From Thalassobaculaceae bacterium (GTDB lineage Bacteria; Pseudomonadota; Alphaproteobacteria; Thalassobaculales; Thalassobaculaceae), in the NCBI GenBank assembly GCA_965228875.1, contig OZ245843.1, forward strand, positions 4,384,616-4,448,615: 64,000 nucleotides of DNA, given 5' to 3'. Shown here in pieces: positions 9,447-21,920 of this stretch; position 1 is the stretch's first letter; each line of letters opens with the position of its first letter. Under the pieces are notes generated by a model. It saw only the letters and a list, made by a program, of their open reading frames with translations, did not search any database and had not been told where the DNA came from. The position numbers and the translations under genes are program-made.

Positions 9447-10496
9447 ATGGCTGCGACCGCCCCCCGCATTGCGATGCCCGACGGCCCGGTGGCCGACCCG
9501 TCCTGCTGGCTTGCCGCCGACCTGGAGAGCGACGGGCGCTGGATCCACCGGCTGAGCGATGACGAGATCGGGGAACTCGACCGGGCGGTTGAGGCGGTGC
9601 TCTCCCGCGGCCTCGCTGCGGAAGGTTTCGGGCGGGACGATTTCGCGCTGACGAGCCTCGCCGATACTATCGCCGGCTGGGCGCACGAGATCGACAACGG
9701 CCGCGGCTTCGTCCTGGTCCGGGGTGTCGATCCCACGCGCTACGACGAGGACGCGCTGCTGGCGCTCTACTGGGGAATCGGCGCGCATCTGGGCCTGCCG
9801 GTGCCGCAGAACGCCAAGGGCGACCTGCTCGGACACGTGCGCGACCGGGGCAACGACTATCAGGCCAACAACGTGCGCGGCTACACGACCAGCGCCCAGC
9901 TCAAGGCCCATTGCGACGCCGCCGACGTGGTCGGCCTGCTGTGCCGGCATCCGGCGAAGTCCGGCGGCGAGAGCCTGATCGCCTCCTCGGTGGCGGTGTT
10001 CAACCATATCCGCGACGAACACCCGGAGTACCTTCCGCACCTGATGGGGGGCTTCCATTTCGACCTTCGCGGCGAGGGGGTGACCGACGACCCCAACGAG
10101 ACGACCTTCCATCGGGTCCCGGTGTTCTCCTGGCACGAGGGCCGGCTGTCCTGTCGCTACAATGGCAAGACCATCATCGACGGCATGCGCAAGGCCGGCG
10201 CGCCGCTCGAGAGCACGGCGCTCGACGCGGTGCGGGCGGTCGGGGAGATCGCCATGAGCAAGCCGTTCCGCTACGACATGGTGTTCGAGCAGGGCGACAT
10301 TCAGCTGCTGTCGAACCATACCGTGCTGCACGCCCGCTCGGCCTTCGAGGACTGGCCGGACGAGGCGCGCAAGCGCGACCTCTGGCGGATCTGGCTGAAC
10401 CTGCGCGATGGCCGGCCGCTGGCGCCCGAGTTCGCGGACCGGCTCAATACCGGGCCGCGCGGTGGCGTTCGCGTCCGCCCGCAGGCGGCTGAGTAG
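9447..10496 (+). CDS. TauD/TfdA family Fe(II)/2-oxoglutarate dioxygenase
   Basis: HCD and distal H (NHTVLHAR), RDLWRIWL; RBS GAGGAGAGG. Confidence 0.9.
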   Translation: MAATAPRIAMPDGPVADPSCWLAADLESDGRWIHRLSDDEIGELDRAVEAVLSRGLAAEGFGRDDFALTSLADTIAGWAHEIDNGRGFVLVRGVDPTRYDEDALLALYWGIGAHLGLPVPQNAKGDLLGHVRDRGNDYQANNVRGYTTSAQLKAHCDAADVVGLLCRHPAKSGGESLIASSVAVFNHIRDEHPEYLPHLMGGFHFDLRGEGVTDDPNETTFHRVPVFSWHEGRLSCRYNGKTIIDGMRKAGAPLESTALDAVRAVGEIAMSKPFRYDMVFEQGDIQLLSNHTVLHARSAFEDWPDEARKRDLWRIWLNLRDGRPLAPEFADRLNTGPRGGVRVRPQAAE

Positions 10497-10515
10497 GGGG
10501 CGGAGTAGGCCGCCG

Positions 10516-11070
10516 GTGACAACGACAGACCAGTTCACCGCCGACGCGCTGGCCAATCCGGTCAATGCCGAGATCCTGGACCGCCTACCGCGACTCGGCC
10601 TCGACCAGCCGTGGCTGGTCGCCGGTTGTCTGTACCAGGCGGTGTGGAACCGGATTGCCGGCCGGCCGCCGGGCGAGAACGTCAAGGACTACGACGTGTT
10701 CTACTGGGACGAGGATACGTCCTGGGAGGCCGAGGATGCGGTCATCCGGCGCGGTACCGCGCTGCTCTGCGACCTCGGCGTCGAGGTCGAGTTCAAGAAC
10801 CAGAAGCGCGTGCCGCTGTGGTACCCGCAGCGGTTCGGCGCCGAGTATCCGCCGGTGTTCCGGACGAGCGACGGCATCGACAGGTTTCAGGTGATGTGCA
10901 CCTGCGTCGGCCTGACGCCGACGCGGGATCTGTACGCGCCCTATGGTCTGGAAGATCTGTATGCGGGACGGCTTGTCGCCAACCCGACGACGCCGACCCC
11001 CGGACTGGCACGGGACAAGATGGATAGCTACCGCGGTCGCTGGCCCTGGCTCACGGTGGCCGCTGCCTGA
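10516..11070 (+). CDS. Nucleotidyltransferase family protein (DUF925-like)
   Basis: WLVAGCLYQAVWN, KDYDVFYWD, KNQxRV, APYGLEDL, RWPWL; GTG start inferred. Confidence 0.85.
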   Translation: MTTTDQFTADALANPVNAEILDRLPRLGLDQPWLVAGCLYQAVWNRIAGRPPGENVKDYDVFYWDEDTSWEAEDAVIRRGTALLCDLGVEVEFKNQKRVPLWYPQRFGAEYPPVFRTSDGIDRFQVMCTCVGLTPTRDLYAPYGLEDLYAGRLVANPTTPTPGLARDKMDSYRGRWPWLTVAAA

Positions 11071-11267
11071 GTTCCCGCGGTGCAGCATTCCGGCCCGTTT
11101 CCGACGCCTCATGCGCTTGCACCCCCCAGACCCGTGTGCTAGAGAGCCTTCGCGCTGGCGGGGGACTCCTGCGCCGGCCAGGATTTGTGTTCGATCGATG
11201 CGCACAGAACTTCGATAAATCAACGAGTTCCGGCGGATCGTCAAACGGAACGAAGGGGCGCTTCCAG

Positions 11268-11819
11268 GTGGCATCGCAATCAAAAGGCCTCGCCGCTCGC
11301 TACGCCTTGGCGTTGTACGAGCTGGCTGACGACCAGAAGGTGCTGGACGAGGTCGCCGGCGACCTCACGGCCCTGCGGCAACTGCTCGCCGAGAGCGATG
11401 AGTTCGTCCGGCTGATCCGGTCTCCGGTTCTGTCGCGCGCCGACCAGACGAAGGGCGTCTCGGCCATCGCCGAAACCTTCGGCGCCAACGCGCTGACCAC
11501 GAAGTTCATGGGCGTGCTCGCGGCCAACCGCCGCCTCTTCGCGCTGCCCGGCATGATCACCGCCTTCCTCGAGGAGCTCGCCCGCCGCCGTGGGGAGGTC
11601 GCCGCCGACGTGACCTCCGCCGTCGAGTTGTCGAGCGCCGAGGTCGAGGCGGTTACCGACGCCCTGCGCAAGGTCGTCGGCCAGAAGGTCTCCGTCAATC
11701 TGACCGTCGATCCGGCGTTGATCGGCGGTCTGGTCGTGCGCGTGGGCTCGCGCATGATCGATAGTTCGCTTCGCACCAAGCTGCAGCGCCTGCAGTTCGC
11801 CATGAAAGGGGTTGGCTGA
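11268..11819 (+). CDS. atpH: ATP synthase F1 delta subunit
   Basis: [11 protein letters not shown]...[21 protein letters not shown]; first gene of the operon; GTG start inferred. Confidence 0.96.
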   Translation: MASQSKGLAARYALALYELADDQKVLDEVAGDLTALRQLLAESDEFVRLIRSPVLSRADQTKGVSAIAETFGANALTTKFMGVLAANRRLFALPGMITAFLEELARRRGEVAADVTSAVELSSAEVEAVTDALRKVVGQKVSVNLTVDPALIGGLVVRVGSRMIDSSLRTKLQRLQFAMKGVG

Positions 11820-13354
11820 TGGAAATCCGCGCCGCCGAGATCTCCTCTATCCTGAAAGATCAGATCGCAAACTTCGGTGCCGAGGCCGAGGTCGCGGAAG
11901 TCGGTCAGGTTCTGTCCGTGGGTGACGGTATCGCCCGCGTGTACGGCCTCGACCAGGTCCAGGCCGGTGAGATGGTCGAGTTCCCGAACGGTATTCGGGG
12001 CATGGCGCTGAACCTCGAGTCCGACAACGTCGGTATCGTGATCTTCGGCGACGACCGCGACATCAAGGAAGGCGACACGGTCAAGCGGACCGGCGCCATC
12101 GTGGACGTGCCGGTCGGCCGTGGCCTGCTCGGCCGCGTGGTCGACGGTCTCGGCAACCCGATCGACGGCAAGGGCCCGCTCGAGGATGTCGAGCGCAAGC
12201 GCGTCGAGGTGAAGGCGCCGGGCATCATGCCGCGTAAGTCGGTGCACGAGCCGATGCAGACCGGCCTGAAGGCCATCGACAGCCTGATCCCGGTCGGTCG
12301 CGGCCAGCGCGAGCTGGTCATCGGCGACCGCCAGACCGGCAAGACCGCCATCGCCGTCGACACCTTCATCAACCAGAAGAGCGTCAACGACGCCGCCGGC
12401 GACGACGACAGCAAGAAGCTGTTCTGCGTCTATGTCGCGGTCGGCCAGAAGCGCTCGACGGTCGCCCAGATCGTGAAGACCCTGGAGGACTACGGCGCGA
12501 TGGAATACTCCATCGTCGTGGCCGCCACCGCCTCCGAGCCGGCGCCGCTGCAGTTCCTGGCGCCGTATGCCGGTTGCGCGATGGGCGAGTTCTTCCGCGA
12601 CAACGGCATGCACGCCGTGATCGTCTACGACGATCTTTCCAAGCAGGCCGTCGCCTATCGCCAGATGTCGCTGCTGCTGCGCCGCCCGCCGGGGCGCGAG
12701 GCGTATCCGGGCGACGTGTTCTACCTGCACTCGCGTCTGCTGGAGCGTGCGGCGAAGCTGAACGACGACAATGGTGCCGGCTCCCTGACCGCCCTGCCGG
12801 TCATCGAGACCCAGGCCGGTGACGTCTCGGCCTACATTCCGACCAACGTGATCTCGATCACCGACGGTCAGATCTTCCTCGAGACCGAACTGTTCTATAA
12901 GGGCATCCGCCCGGCCGTGAACGTCGGCCTGTCGGTGTCGCGCGTCGGCTCCGCCGCCCAGATCAAGGCGATGAAGCAGGTCGCCGGCTCGATCAAGCTG
13001 GAGCTGGCCCAGTATCGCGAGATGGCGGCGTTCGCGCAGTTCGCCTCCGATCTGGACGCCTCGACCCAGCGTCTGCTCGCCCGCGGTTCGCGCCTGACGG
13101 AGCTGCTTAAGCAGGCTCAGTTCAGCCCGATGCCGGTCGAGGAGCAGGTCGTGTCGATCTTTGCCGGCGTGAAGGGCTTCCTCGATAAGGTCGACATCTC
13201 CGAGATCGGCCGCTTCGAGCAGTCCCTGCTCTCCGAGATCAAGAGCAAGGAGCCCGGCATCTTGGAGACGATCCGGAACGAAAAGGCGCTGTCGGATGAC
13301 ACGTCGGCCAAGCTCTCCTCGTTCATGGAGAACTTCGCCAAGACCTTCGCGTAA
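11819..13354 (+). CDS. atpA: ATP synthase F1 alpha subunit
   Basis: [30 protein letters not shown]. Confidence 0.99.
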   Translation: MEIRAAEISSILKDQIANFGAEAEVAEVGQVLSVGDGIARVYGLDQVQAGEMVEFPNGIRGMALNLESDNVGIVIFGDDRDIKEGDTVKRTGAIVDVPVGRGLLGRVVDGLGNPIDGKGPLEDVERKRVEVKAPGIMPRKSVHEPMQTGLKAIDSLIPVGRGQRELVIGDRQTGKTAIAVDTFINQKSVNDAAGDDDSKKLFCVYVAVGQKRSTVAQIVKTLEDYGAMEYSIVVAATASEPAPLQFLAPYAGCAMGEFFRDNGMHAVIVYDDLSKQAVAYRQMSLLLRRPPGREAYPGDVFYLHSRLLERAAKLNDDNGAGSLTALPVIETQAGDVSAYIPTNVISITDGQIFLETELFYKGIRPAVNVGLSVSRVGSAAQIKAMKQVAGSIKLELAQYREMAAFAQFASDLDASTQRLLARGSRLTELLKQAQFSPMPVEEQVVSIFAGVKGFLDKVDISEIGRFEQSLLSEIKSKEPGILETIRNEKALSDDTSAKLSSFMENFAKTFA

Positions 13355-13400
13355 GCGCAGGTACGGCCGGCCAGTCGACCAACGGTAAGCGGACGGGACG

Positions 13401-15753
<2,353 letters not shown>

Positions 15754-15803
15754 CGCCCGGTTTGTCGAAGGCGGCCTGAAGGCCGGCAACAAAGAGGGAT
15801 CCC

Positions 15804-16205
15804 ATGGCGGAGACCACGCAGTTCGAACTCGTTTCGCCGGAGCGGCTGGTTCTCAGCCGCGCCGTCGAGATGGTCGTGGTACCGGGCACCGAGGGTTATT
15901 TCGGTGTTCTGCCGCGGCACGCGCCGATGATCTCGACCCTGGACGCGGGAGTGATCGATATCCACGAAAACGGTGCGGTGGTCGATCGCATCTTCGTCGC
16001 CGGCGGGTTCGCCGAGGTGACCGAAGAGCGTTGCACGGTTCTCGCCGAGGATGCGGTGCCGCTGGCTGATATAGATGCTGCCGCGACTCAGAAGGAGATC
16101 GCGGACATTCGCGACATCCTGAAGGACGCCACCGATACCGGCGAGCGCGAGCGGCTGGAGGCGAGGGTGGCGACCCTGGAGGCGATGCTTCGCGCCGCCG
16201 CCTGA
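15804..16205 (+). CDS. atpC: ATP synthase F1 epsilon subunit
   Basis: FELVSPER, PGTEGYFGVLPRHAP, GGFAEV. Confidence 0.98.
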   Translation: MAETTQFELVSPERLVLSRAVEMVVVPGTEGYFGVLPRHAPMISTLDAGVIDIHENGAVVDRIFVAGGFAEVTEERCTVLAEDAVPLADIDAAATQKEIADIRDILKDATDTGERERLEARVATLEAMLRAAA

Positions 16206-16235
16206 TCGTCGTTGCCAACCCGTTGAATTCCCGCG

Positions 16236-16263
16236 AAGGGCCGTCCGTTGGACGGCCCTTTGT
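16236..16263 (+). terminator. Probable intrinsic terminator of the atp operon
   Basis: Perfect 11-bp stem AAGGGCCGTCC-GTT-GGACGGCCCTT followed by a T-rich tract. Confidence 0.75.
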
Positions 16264-16310
16264 CGTATTGGCATACTGAGCGGGTGATTCGCGGGACGGC
16301 CCGGGGAGAA

Positions 16311-19300
16311 GTGAACGTGCGGTGGTTCGCCAGGATCCTGGTGGTGGTGATCCTGATCTTCGCAGTCGGCGTGCCGGTCGCGTGGCTGACCCGCAACGAA
16401 TGGGTTCCCGCCGCCACCAAATGGGGGGTTAACGCCTGGGCCGCTGGTAACGGCGCGGAACAGCCCGTCATCTCGGAGATCCGCTTCCGGATCGATTCTC
16501 TCTCGCCAGACCGGCTGACCCTGTCCGATATCGGTGTCAACGGGCCCGATGGGATCGAGGCCGACCGGCTGCTGGTGGGCTTCGACTGGCGCGATCTGCT
16601 CCAGGGCCATATCCGGGCGGTCGCCGTCGACCGCCCCCGGCTGACGGTTACCGTGACCGAGGATGGCGGGATCACGCTCGGCGGGCTGGAGCCGCTGCGC
16701 GCGCTGTCCGGCGGGGCGGACGGTAGCGACGCCGGTCGGGCGATGCCGGTCGTTCGGTTCTCCGATATCGAAATCGTGCTGGAGGGAGCGGCGCGCGGGC
16801 GGCTGGTCGCCAGCGGCACGCTCGGCGAGACCGACGGTGGTCTGGGGCTCGCGGCGGACGGATCGGGCGTGGTGGAGGCGGCGGACTGGCGGGCCGACGG
16901 TGCGGGTCGGCTTCAGGCGACGCACGGCGACGCGCGGACGCGGGTCAACGTCACGCTGACGGAGGCAAAGATCCGACGCGGCGATCTCTCGGCCGAAGGC
17001 CTTCGGGGTACCGCCTCGATTGATCTCCCGGCAGAGGCTGGACCCGAGGCGATCGTCGACCTCCGCGCCGACCGGGCGCAGGCGGCCGGCGTGGCGGTCG
17101 CCGTGCCCTCCGCCCACCTGCGCCTCGACCCGCTTGGGCTGTCCGCGGTGTTCCGCCTGGGGGATCGCGGCGATCCGGACCTGCGGCTCGCCGTCACCGC
17201 TGACGAGGCCGAGGGCGAGCGGCGCCCCGTCGCCGCGGCCCTGTCGGCGGATCTCGCGACCCTCGACCGGCTCGTCGCCGCCGCTCGGAGGACCCCGCCC
17301 CACGGCATCGACGGGCGGGTATACGGGACGTTGCGCGGGTCCATGCCGGCGGTTCTCGACGATGCGGAACGGATCTGGAACGGCACCGTCGCCGCCGGCG
17401 GACTGGATCTGAGCGCCGACTCGCCCGGCGGCAGCGCCCAGGCCCGCCTCGGTGCCGCGATCGCCGCCGGAACCCTGGCGCTGGAGACGCTCGAACCGGC
17501 CCGGATCGACCTCGCCGCGGAGGCCCTCCCCCCTGAGGTGGTTGCGATCCTCGGTGACGGCTCGGCGCGGGCGACTCTCGGGCGCGCCGACAAAGCCTTC
17601 CGGATGGCCCTGCGCGATCCGTTCGACGCGCCGGCGTTCTCCGTCGGCGGGCCGGCGCGGGTCGAGACGACGCGGGGTGCCGAGGCGACCTTCGACGGCG
17701 AGGCGGTGCTGTCCGCGGGGCCGTCGGGGCCGCGCGTGACCGCCGCGTCCGGCACGCTCGACGTGACCGGGTTGACGGTCGGTGATGCGCGCTTGGACTC
17801 GGCCCGCCTGGTGCTCGACCGGCTGTCCGGCGATCCGTCGAGCCTGTCCGGCGCCGGGCTCCTGACGGCCAGGCTGGATGCGGCCGGGGTGGAGGGGGCG
17901 ACAGTCTCGCTGCCGCTCCGCCTTGCCCACGACGACAACGGAACCGCGCTGTTTCTCGTGCGTGACGGCGCGGCGACGGTCCCGCGGGTCCCGGCGATCG
18001 GCGACGTCTCGGTGTCGGGACCATTGGCCGTTCGTCTGCTCGCCGCCCGCCGTCCGGTCCTGCGGCAGGGGTTCGGCGATGAGGCCGGTGCGGTGCGCCT
18101 TGAGCTACCGATCGCCATTCACGATACCGCCGCGACGCTGCGGGGCGGCATGCCGCTGGGTGTCTCCCTGGCGCCGGCCCGCGGCACGCTCAAGGCCCGG
18201 ATGCTCGACGGACGCGGCGGCGCCGTGGTCCGCATCACGACCGACCGGGTCGAGGTGAGCCCGGCCGAAGATGATCCCGCGGCGCCGGACGGTATCGCGC
18301 TCGCGGCCGTAGCCCTGGAGGCGGTGGCCACGACCCACGGCGACGGCGTCGCCTTCGACCGGGTCGCCTTGACGGCCGACAGGATGACCGACCGGGCAAG
18401 AAGCCCGAGGTTCGCGCCGCTCCGCGTCGAGGGAGAGGCCGTAAGGGTGGCGAGCGGCGCTCTGGAGTTCACCTCGACCTTTCGGGGGGCGGATGGCGCC
18501 TTCGTGTTGGATGCGGAGGGGTTCCACGACGTGTCGAAGGGGCAGGGCCGGGCCTATGTGACCCTGTTCCCGCTGGTCTTCGTGCCCGGCGGCCTGCAGC
18601 CGGTCGACCTGTCGCCGGCGGCGGCCGCGACCCTGCGCAACGCTTCGGGCCGGGTCTCGCTCAAGGGTGCGGTCGAGTGGCCGGGCACCGGCGTTCCGCC
18701 GGACGAGCCGCTCACGCTTACGGTCGAGGATCTTGCATTCACCGGATCGCTCGGGACGGTCAGCGGGCTGTCGGGCGCGGTCGGCCTGTCGTCGGTCGAT
18801 CCGCTGGCCACGCTGGCCCACCAGACCCTGAGCGCCACCGGGATCGATGTGGGCGTGCCGATCGCCGAACCGCAGGTGGCGTTCCGCGTCGACCCGGACC
18901 TGACCCTGGTGCTTGAAAGCGTTCGGGCGCGGTTCGCCGGCGGCGATGTGCACACCCGCGACGTGTCGGTGCCGCTGCGGTCCGGCGAGCCGATCTCCAT
19001 GATCCTCGCGGTTGATGGGGTGGACGCCGCCCGACTGGCTGAGGTGACCGACCTGGACGGCCTGACGGCGAGCGGCGCCCTGACCGGACGGCTCCCGTTG
19101 GTATGGGATTTCGACAAGGGGCTGTCGCTGCGACGGGCGCGACTCTCGGCGACGACGCCGGGCGGCACCGTGCGCTATCGACCGGATAACCCACCGCCCG
19201 CGTTGCAGGATTCCGGAGAGGAGGTTAGCCTCCTCATGCAGGCCGTCCGCAACCTGGTCTACGAACGCTTCGAGATCGAGGCGGATGGGCGGCCCGGCGA

Positions 19301-19481
19301 ACCGTTCGATATCAAGCTCAGGGTGCGCGGTGCCAATCCGGATCTCTTCGACGGCTATCCCGTCGCCCTCAACGTCAGCCTGTCGGGACGCCTCGACGAG
19401 ATGTTCCTCAACGCCCGCCGCACGCTCGGCCTCTCCGACGTTCTGCAGCGCAAGCTCCAGGCGCGCGGTGCCGGCGGTTAG
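16311..19481 (+). CDS. ydbH: YdbH family intermembrane (AsmA-like) bridge protein
   Basis: N-terminal TM, long beta-rich body, C-terminal G(A)NPDLFDGYPVALNVSLSG; sits upstream of ynbE/ydbL-like genes. Confidence 0.8.
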   Translation: MNVRWFARILVVVILIFAVGVPVAWLTRNEWVPAATKWGVNAWAAGNGAEQPVISEIRFRIDSLSPDRLTLSDIGVNGPDGIEADRLLVGFDWRDLLQGHIRAVAVDRPRLTVTVTEDGGITLGGLEPLRALSGGADGSDAGRAMPVVRFSDIEIVLEGAARGRLVASGTLGETDGGLGLAADGSGVVEAADWRADGAGRLQATHGDARTRVNVTLTEAKIRRGDLSAEGLRGTASIDLPAEAGPEAIVDLRADRAQAAGVAVAVPSAHLRLDPLGLSAVFRLGDRGDPDLRLAVTADEAEGERRPVAAALSADLATLDRLVAAARRTPPHGIDGRVYGTLRGSMPAVLDDAERIWNGTVAAGGLDLSADSPGGSAQARLGAAIAAGTLALETLEPARIDLAAEALPPEVVAILGDGSARATLGRADKAFRMALRDPFDAPAFSVGGPARVETTRGAEATFDGEAVLSAGPSGPRVTAASGTLDVTGLTVGDARLDSARLVLDRLSGDPSSLSGAGLLTARLDAAGVEGATVSLPLRLAHDDNGTALFLVRDGAATVPRVPAIGDVSVSGPLAVRLLAARRPVLRQGFGDEAGAVRLELPIAIHDTAATLRGGMPLGVSLAPARGTLKARMLDGRGGAVVRITTDRVEVSPAEDDPAAPDGIALAAVALEAVATTHGDGVAFDRVALTADRMTDRARSPRFAPLRVEGEAVRVASGALEFTSTFRGADGAFVLDAEGFHDVSKGQGRAYVTLFPLVFVPGGLQPVDLSPAAAATLRNASGRVSLKGAVEWPGTGVPPDEPLTLTVEDLAFTGSLGTVSGLSGAVGLSSVDPLATLAHQTLSATGIDVGVPIAEPQVAFRVDPDLTLVLESVRARFAGGDVHTRDVSVPLRSGEPISMILAVDGVDAARLAEVTDLDGLTASGALTGRLPLVWDFDKGLSLRRARLSATTPGGTVRYRPDNPPPALQDSGEEVSLLMQAVRNLVYERFEIEADGRPGEPFDIKLRVRGANPDLFDGYPVALNVSLSGRLDEMFLNARRTLGLSDVLQRKLQARGAGG

Positions 19482-19671
19482 ACTCCTGGCGGCGGCGGCG
19501 GTCGTGCTCGGCGCGGTCGCCTGTACGCCGACGGTCAAGGTCGAGCCGCCGAAGGAACCCATCACCATCAACCTGAACATCAAGATCGAGCAGGAGGTCC
19601 GGATCCGGGTGGAGAAGGATCTCGAGGACCTGTTCAAATCCGAGAGCGATCTGTTCGGAGGAAAATCATGA
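19468..19671 (+). CDS. ynbE: YnbE family lipoprotein
   Basis: Lipobox AVAC then TPTVKVEPPKEPITINLNIKIEQEVRIRVEKD. Confidence 0.9.
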   Translation: MPAVRLLAAAAVVLGAVACTPTVKVEPPKEPITINLNIKIEQEVRIRVEKDLEDLFKSESDLFGGKS

Positions 19672-20027
19672 CCGCACGACGCGGTACCGTCGGCCGGCGT
19701 CTGGTCCTCGGCTCGCTTCTCGCCGCCGCGACCCTGACGGTGGGTCCGCGCGCCGCCAGAGCCCTCGACCTCTCCCAGGCCAAGTCGAACGGATGGGTCG
19801 GAGAACGGCGAGACGGGTACCTCGGGGTGATCGATGGTGCTCCGGCGGAGGCTCGGGCGTTGATCGACGGCATCAACCAGGAGCGCCGGGCGGCCTACAA
19901 CAGCGTCGCGTCGTCCAACGGCGTGCCGCTCAACCAGGTCGAGGCGCTCGCCGGTCAGAAGCTGATCGAGCGCGCCGCCCCCGGTGACTTCATCATGGAC
20001 GCCGCCGGCCGCTGGATCCGCAAGTAG
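19668..20027 (+). CDS. ydbL: YdbL family (DUF1318) periplasmic protein
   Basis: Signal peptide; AKSNGWVGERRDGYL...INQERRAAY...GRW. Confidence 0.88.
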   Translation: MTARRGTVGRRLVLGSLLAAATLTVGPRAARALDLSQAKSNGWVGERRDGYLGVIDGAPAEARALIDGINQERRAAYNSVASSNGVPLNQVEALAGQKLIERAAPGDFIMDAAGRWIRK

Positions 20028-20039
20028 CCGGCAGACGGA

Positions 20040-21290
20040 TCAGCCGCTCTTGTCGTTGCCGGCCGGGGACTCGGGCTGGTTCGGGCCGCCCTGTTCCCGA
20101 CGCCTGTTTGCCTTCTCGACCCGTGCCTTCAACTCGTAATCCGGCCGGTCGTTCTCCCAGTTGTGCATCTGCTGCACCATCTTGAGGCCGGCGGTCTCGA
20201 ACTTGGTGGACTTGGTGAGGATGCTGTGTTCGGGATCGAGCTCGCGCACGGGGATGCGCGGCGCGTAGCCGGAGATCCGGTTGATGGCGCGTTCCATCGC
20301 CCGGTCGCCGCCGATGGCCTCGCGGTTCCGGTAGGCGTCGCGCCAGAGCTGAATCATGTCCGCCCATCCGTCCAGCCCGTAGCCGACATCTCGCCGGATC
20401 GTCTCCAGTCGGTCGATCGCCTGGACGTTCTTGTCGAACATGTCGGCCAGTTTGCCCAGCATTCCGTTTAGGATGCCCAGCCGATCATTGACGAATCCGA
20501 TGCACTCGTCGGCGGCGGTGAGGATCATGGCGATCTGCGGCAGCAGTTCCTCCCGCACTTCCGGCTGGTAGGCATCGATCTCCTGACGGAAGCGGATCAG
20601 ATCGGTGTGCTGCAGGTAGAGGAAGCCGTTTGTCTTGTCCTCGCCGGGAGCGGTGACGTTGCCGAACGGCGTCAGCATGCCGACCAATGGGTCGAGATAC
20701 GCCTTCACGTCGGTGACCGTCGACTTGGTCCGTTCGGCGGCGAAGATCATCACCCGCTCGATCAGCAGGTCGAGGTCGATCTTGCTGCGCCCGGACTCGC
20801 CTCCCATCAGGTCCATGAGGGTTTTGGTGTTGGCGCGCATCATGAGCGGGTCGCCGCGCTCGATTCCGCACTCGCGGGTCAACTCGGCGATGAAGGACAG
20901 TCGGACCATGGCCTTGTCCTGCTCGTCCTGCGCGACGATCCGCTGCGCCTCCGCCTGAATCTCCGGCTCGACGCCGTACATGGCATCGCATTTCAGGCAC
21001 ATCTCGCGCATCCGGATCGGATCCAGATCGCGGATGTCGCGGGTCCCCGCAACCGCCTCGATGATCGCCTCGTCGCGCGGGTTGAGGGCGCCGAGTGTCT
21101 CGATCTGATCCCACGGCATGACCACGAGTTCGCCACGGCGGGTCCCCGAATAGTTCGGGATCACCGCTTCGAGCCTGCGCTCCTCGCCGTGGAAATACTC
21201 CCGAACGCGGGTATGGGCGAGATCACGGGTGTGGAATGTGACCGTCGTTCCCCGACGTTCGAAAGTCTGAGGTTGGTTTTCGGCTCTCAT
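20040..21290 (-). CDS. Hypothetical protein (helical, cytoplasmic)
   Basis: Long ORF with typical codon bias and RBS GGAGAGGGG; no family recognised. Confidence 0.75.
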   Translation of the reverse strand: MRAENQPQTFERRGTTVTFHTRDLAHTRVREYFHGEERRLEAVIPNYSGTRRGELVVMPWDQIETLGALNPRDEAIIEAVAGTRDIRDLDPIRMREMCLKCDAMYGVEPEIQAEAQRIVAQDEQDKAMVRLSFIAELTRECGIERGDPLMMRANTKTLMDLMGGESGRSKIDLDLLIERVMIFAAERTKSTVTDVKAYLDPLVGMLTPFGNVTAPGEDKTNGFLYLQHTDLIRFRQEIDAYQPEVREELLPQIAMILTAADECIGFVNDRLGILNGMLGKLADMFDKNVQAIDRLETIRRDVGYGLDGWADMIQLWRDAYRNREAIGGDRAMERAINRISGYAPRIPVRELDPEHSILTKSTKFETAGLKMVQQMHNWENDRPDYELKARVEKANRRREQGGPNQPESPAGNDKSG

Positions 21291-21420
21291 CCCCTCTCCT
21301 CCGGCACAGCAAGCGCCGGATGCCCCGTGCCGCTTCAACGCAGCATGCGCACAAGGCCTTAACGAAGATTTTACGCGCTCCCAAAAGATTCACAAACAAT
21401 CGATCTTCTTGCCGATCCTT

Positions 21421-21912
21421 TCACTCTCCGACGGCTCGAAGACTTGCCCGCATCACCGGGCCGAGCTCGGCGGCCACCGCCTCGTAGGTCGCGCGCTTGA
21501 ACGGCACGATGAGGTTGACCGCCGTATCGATCTCGACCCACTTCCAGGCGTCGAATTCCGGGTGTTCGGTGTCCAGGTCGATGTCCGAGTCCCGTCCGAT
21601 GAACCGGCAGGCGAGCCACTTCTGCTTCTGGCCGCGCCAGGACTTGCGGATCCTGCCCGGCAGGTCAGGCGGAAACTCGTAGGTCACCCAGCCGGCCGTC
21701 TCGCCGACGACCTCGACCGCGCGGGTTCCGATCTCCTCCTCGAGCTCGCGAAGTCCGGCCGCGCGCGGTGTCTCGCCCTCGTCGATCCCGCCCTGGGGCA
21801 TCTGCCAGGCGTCCGGCATTCCGATCCGTCTGGCGACGAACACCCGTCCGGCGTCGTTGAACATCAGCAGTCCGACGCAGGGGCGGAACGGCAGGTCGGT
21901 ACGGTCGGTCAT
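21421..21912 (-). CDS. rppH: RNA pyrophosphohydrolase (Nudix)
   Basis: FRPCVG, WQMPQGGIDEGE...RELEEEIG Nudix box, GQKQKW, PEFDAWKW. Confidence 0.95.
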   Translation of the reverse strand: MTDRTDLPFRPCVGLLMFNDAGRVFVARRIGMPDAWQMPQGGIDEGETPRAAGLRELEEEIGTRAVEVVGETAGWVTYEFPPDLPGRIRKSWRGQKQKWLACRFIGRDSDIDLDTEHPEFDAWKWVEIDTAVNLIVPFKRATYEAVAAELGPVMRASLRAVGE

Positions 21913-21920
21913 CGGTCCCC

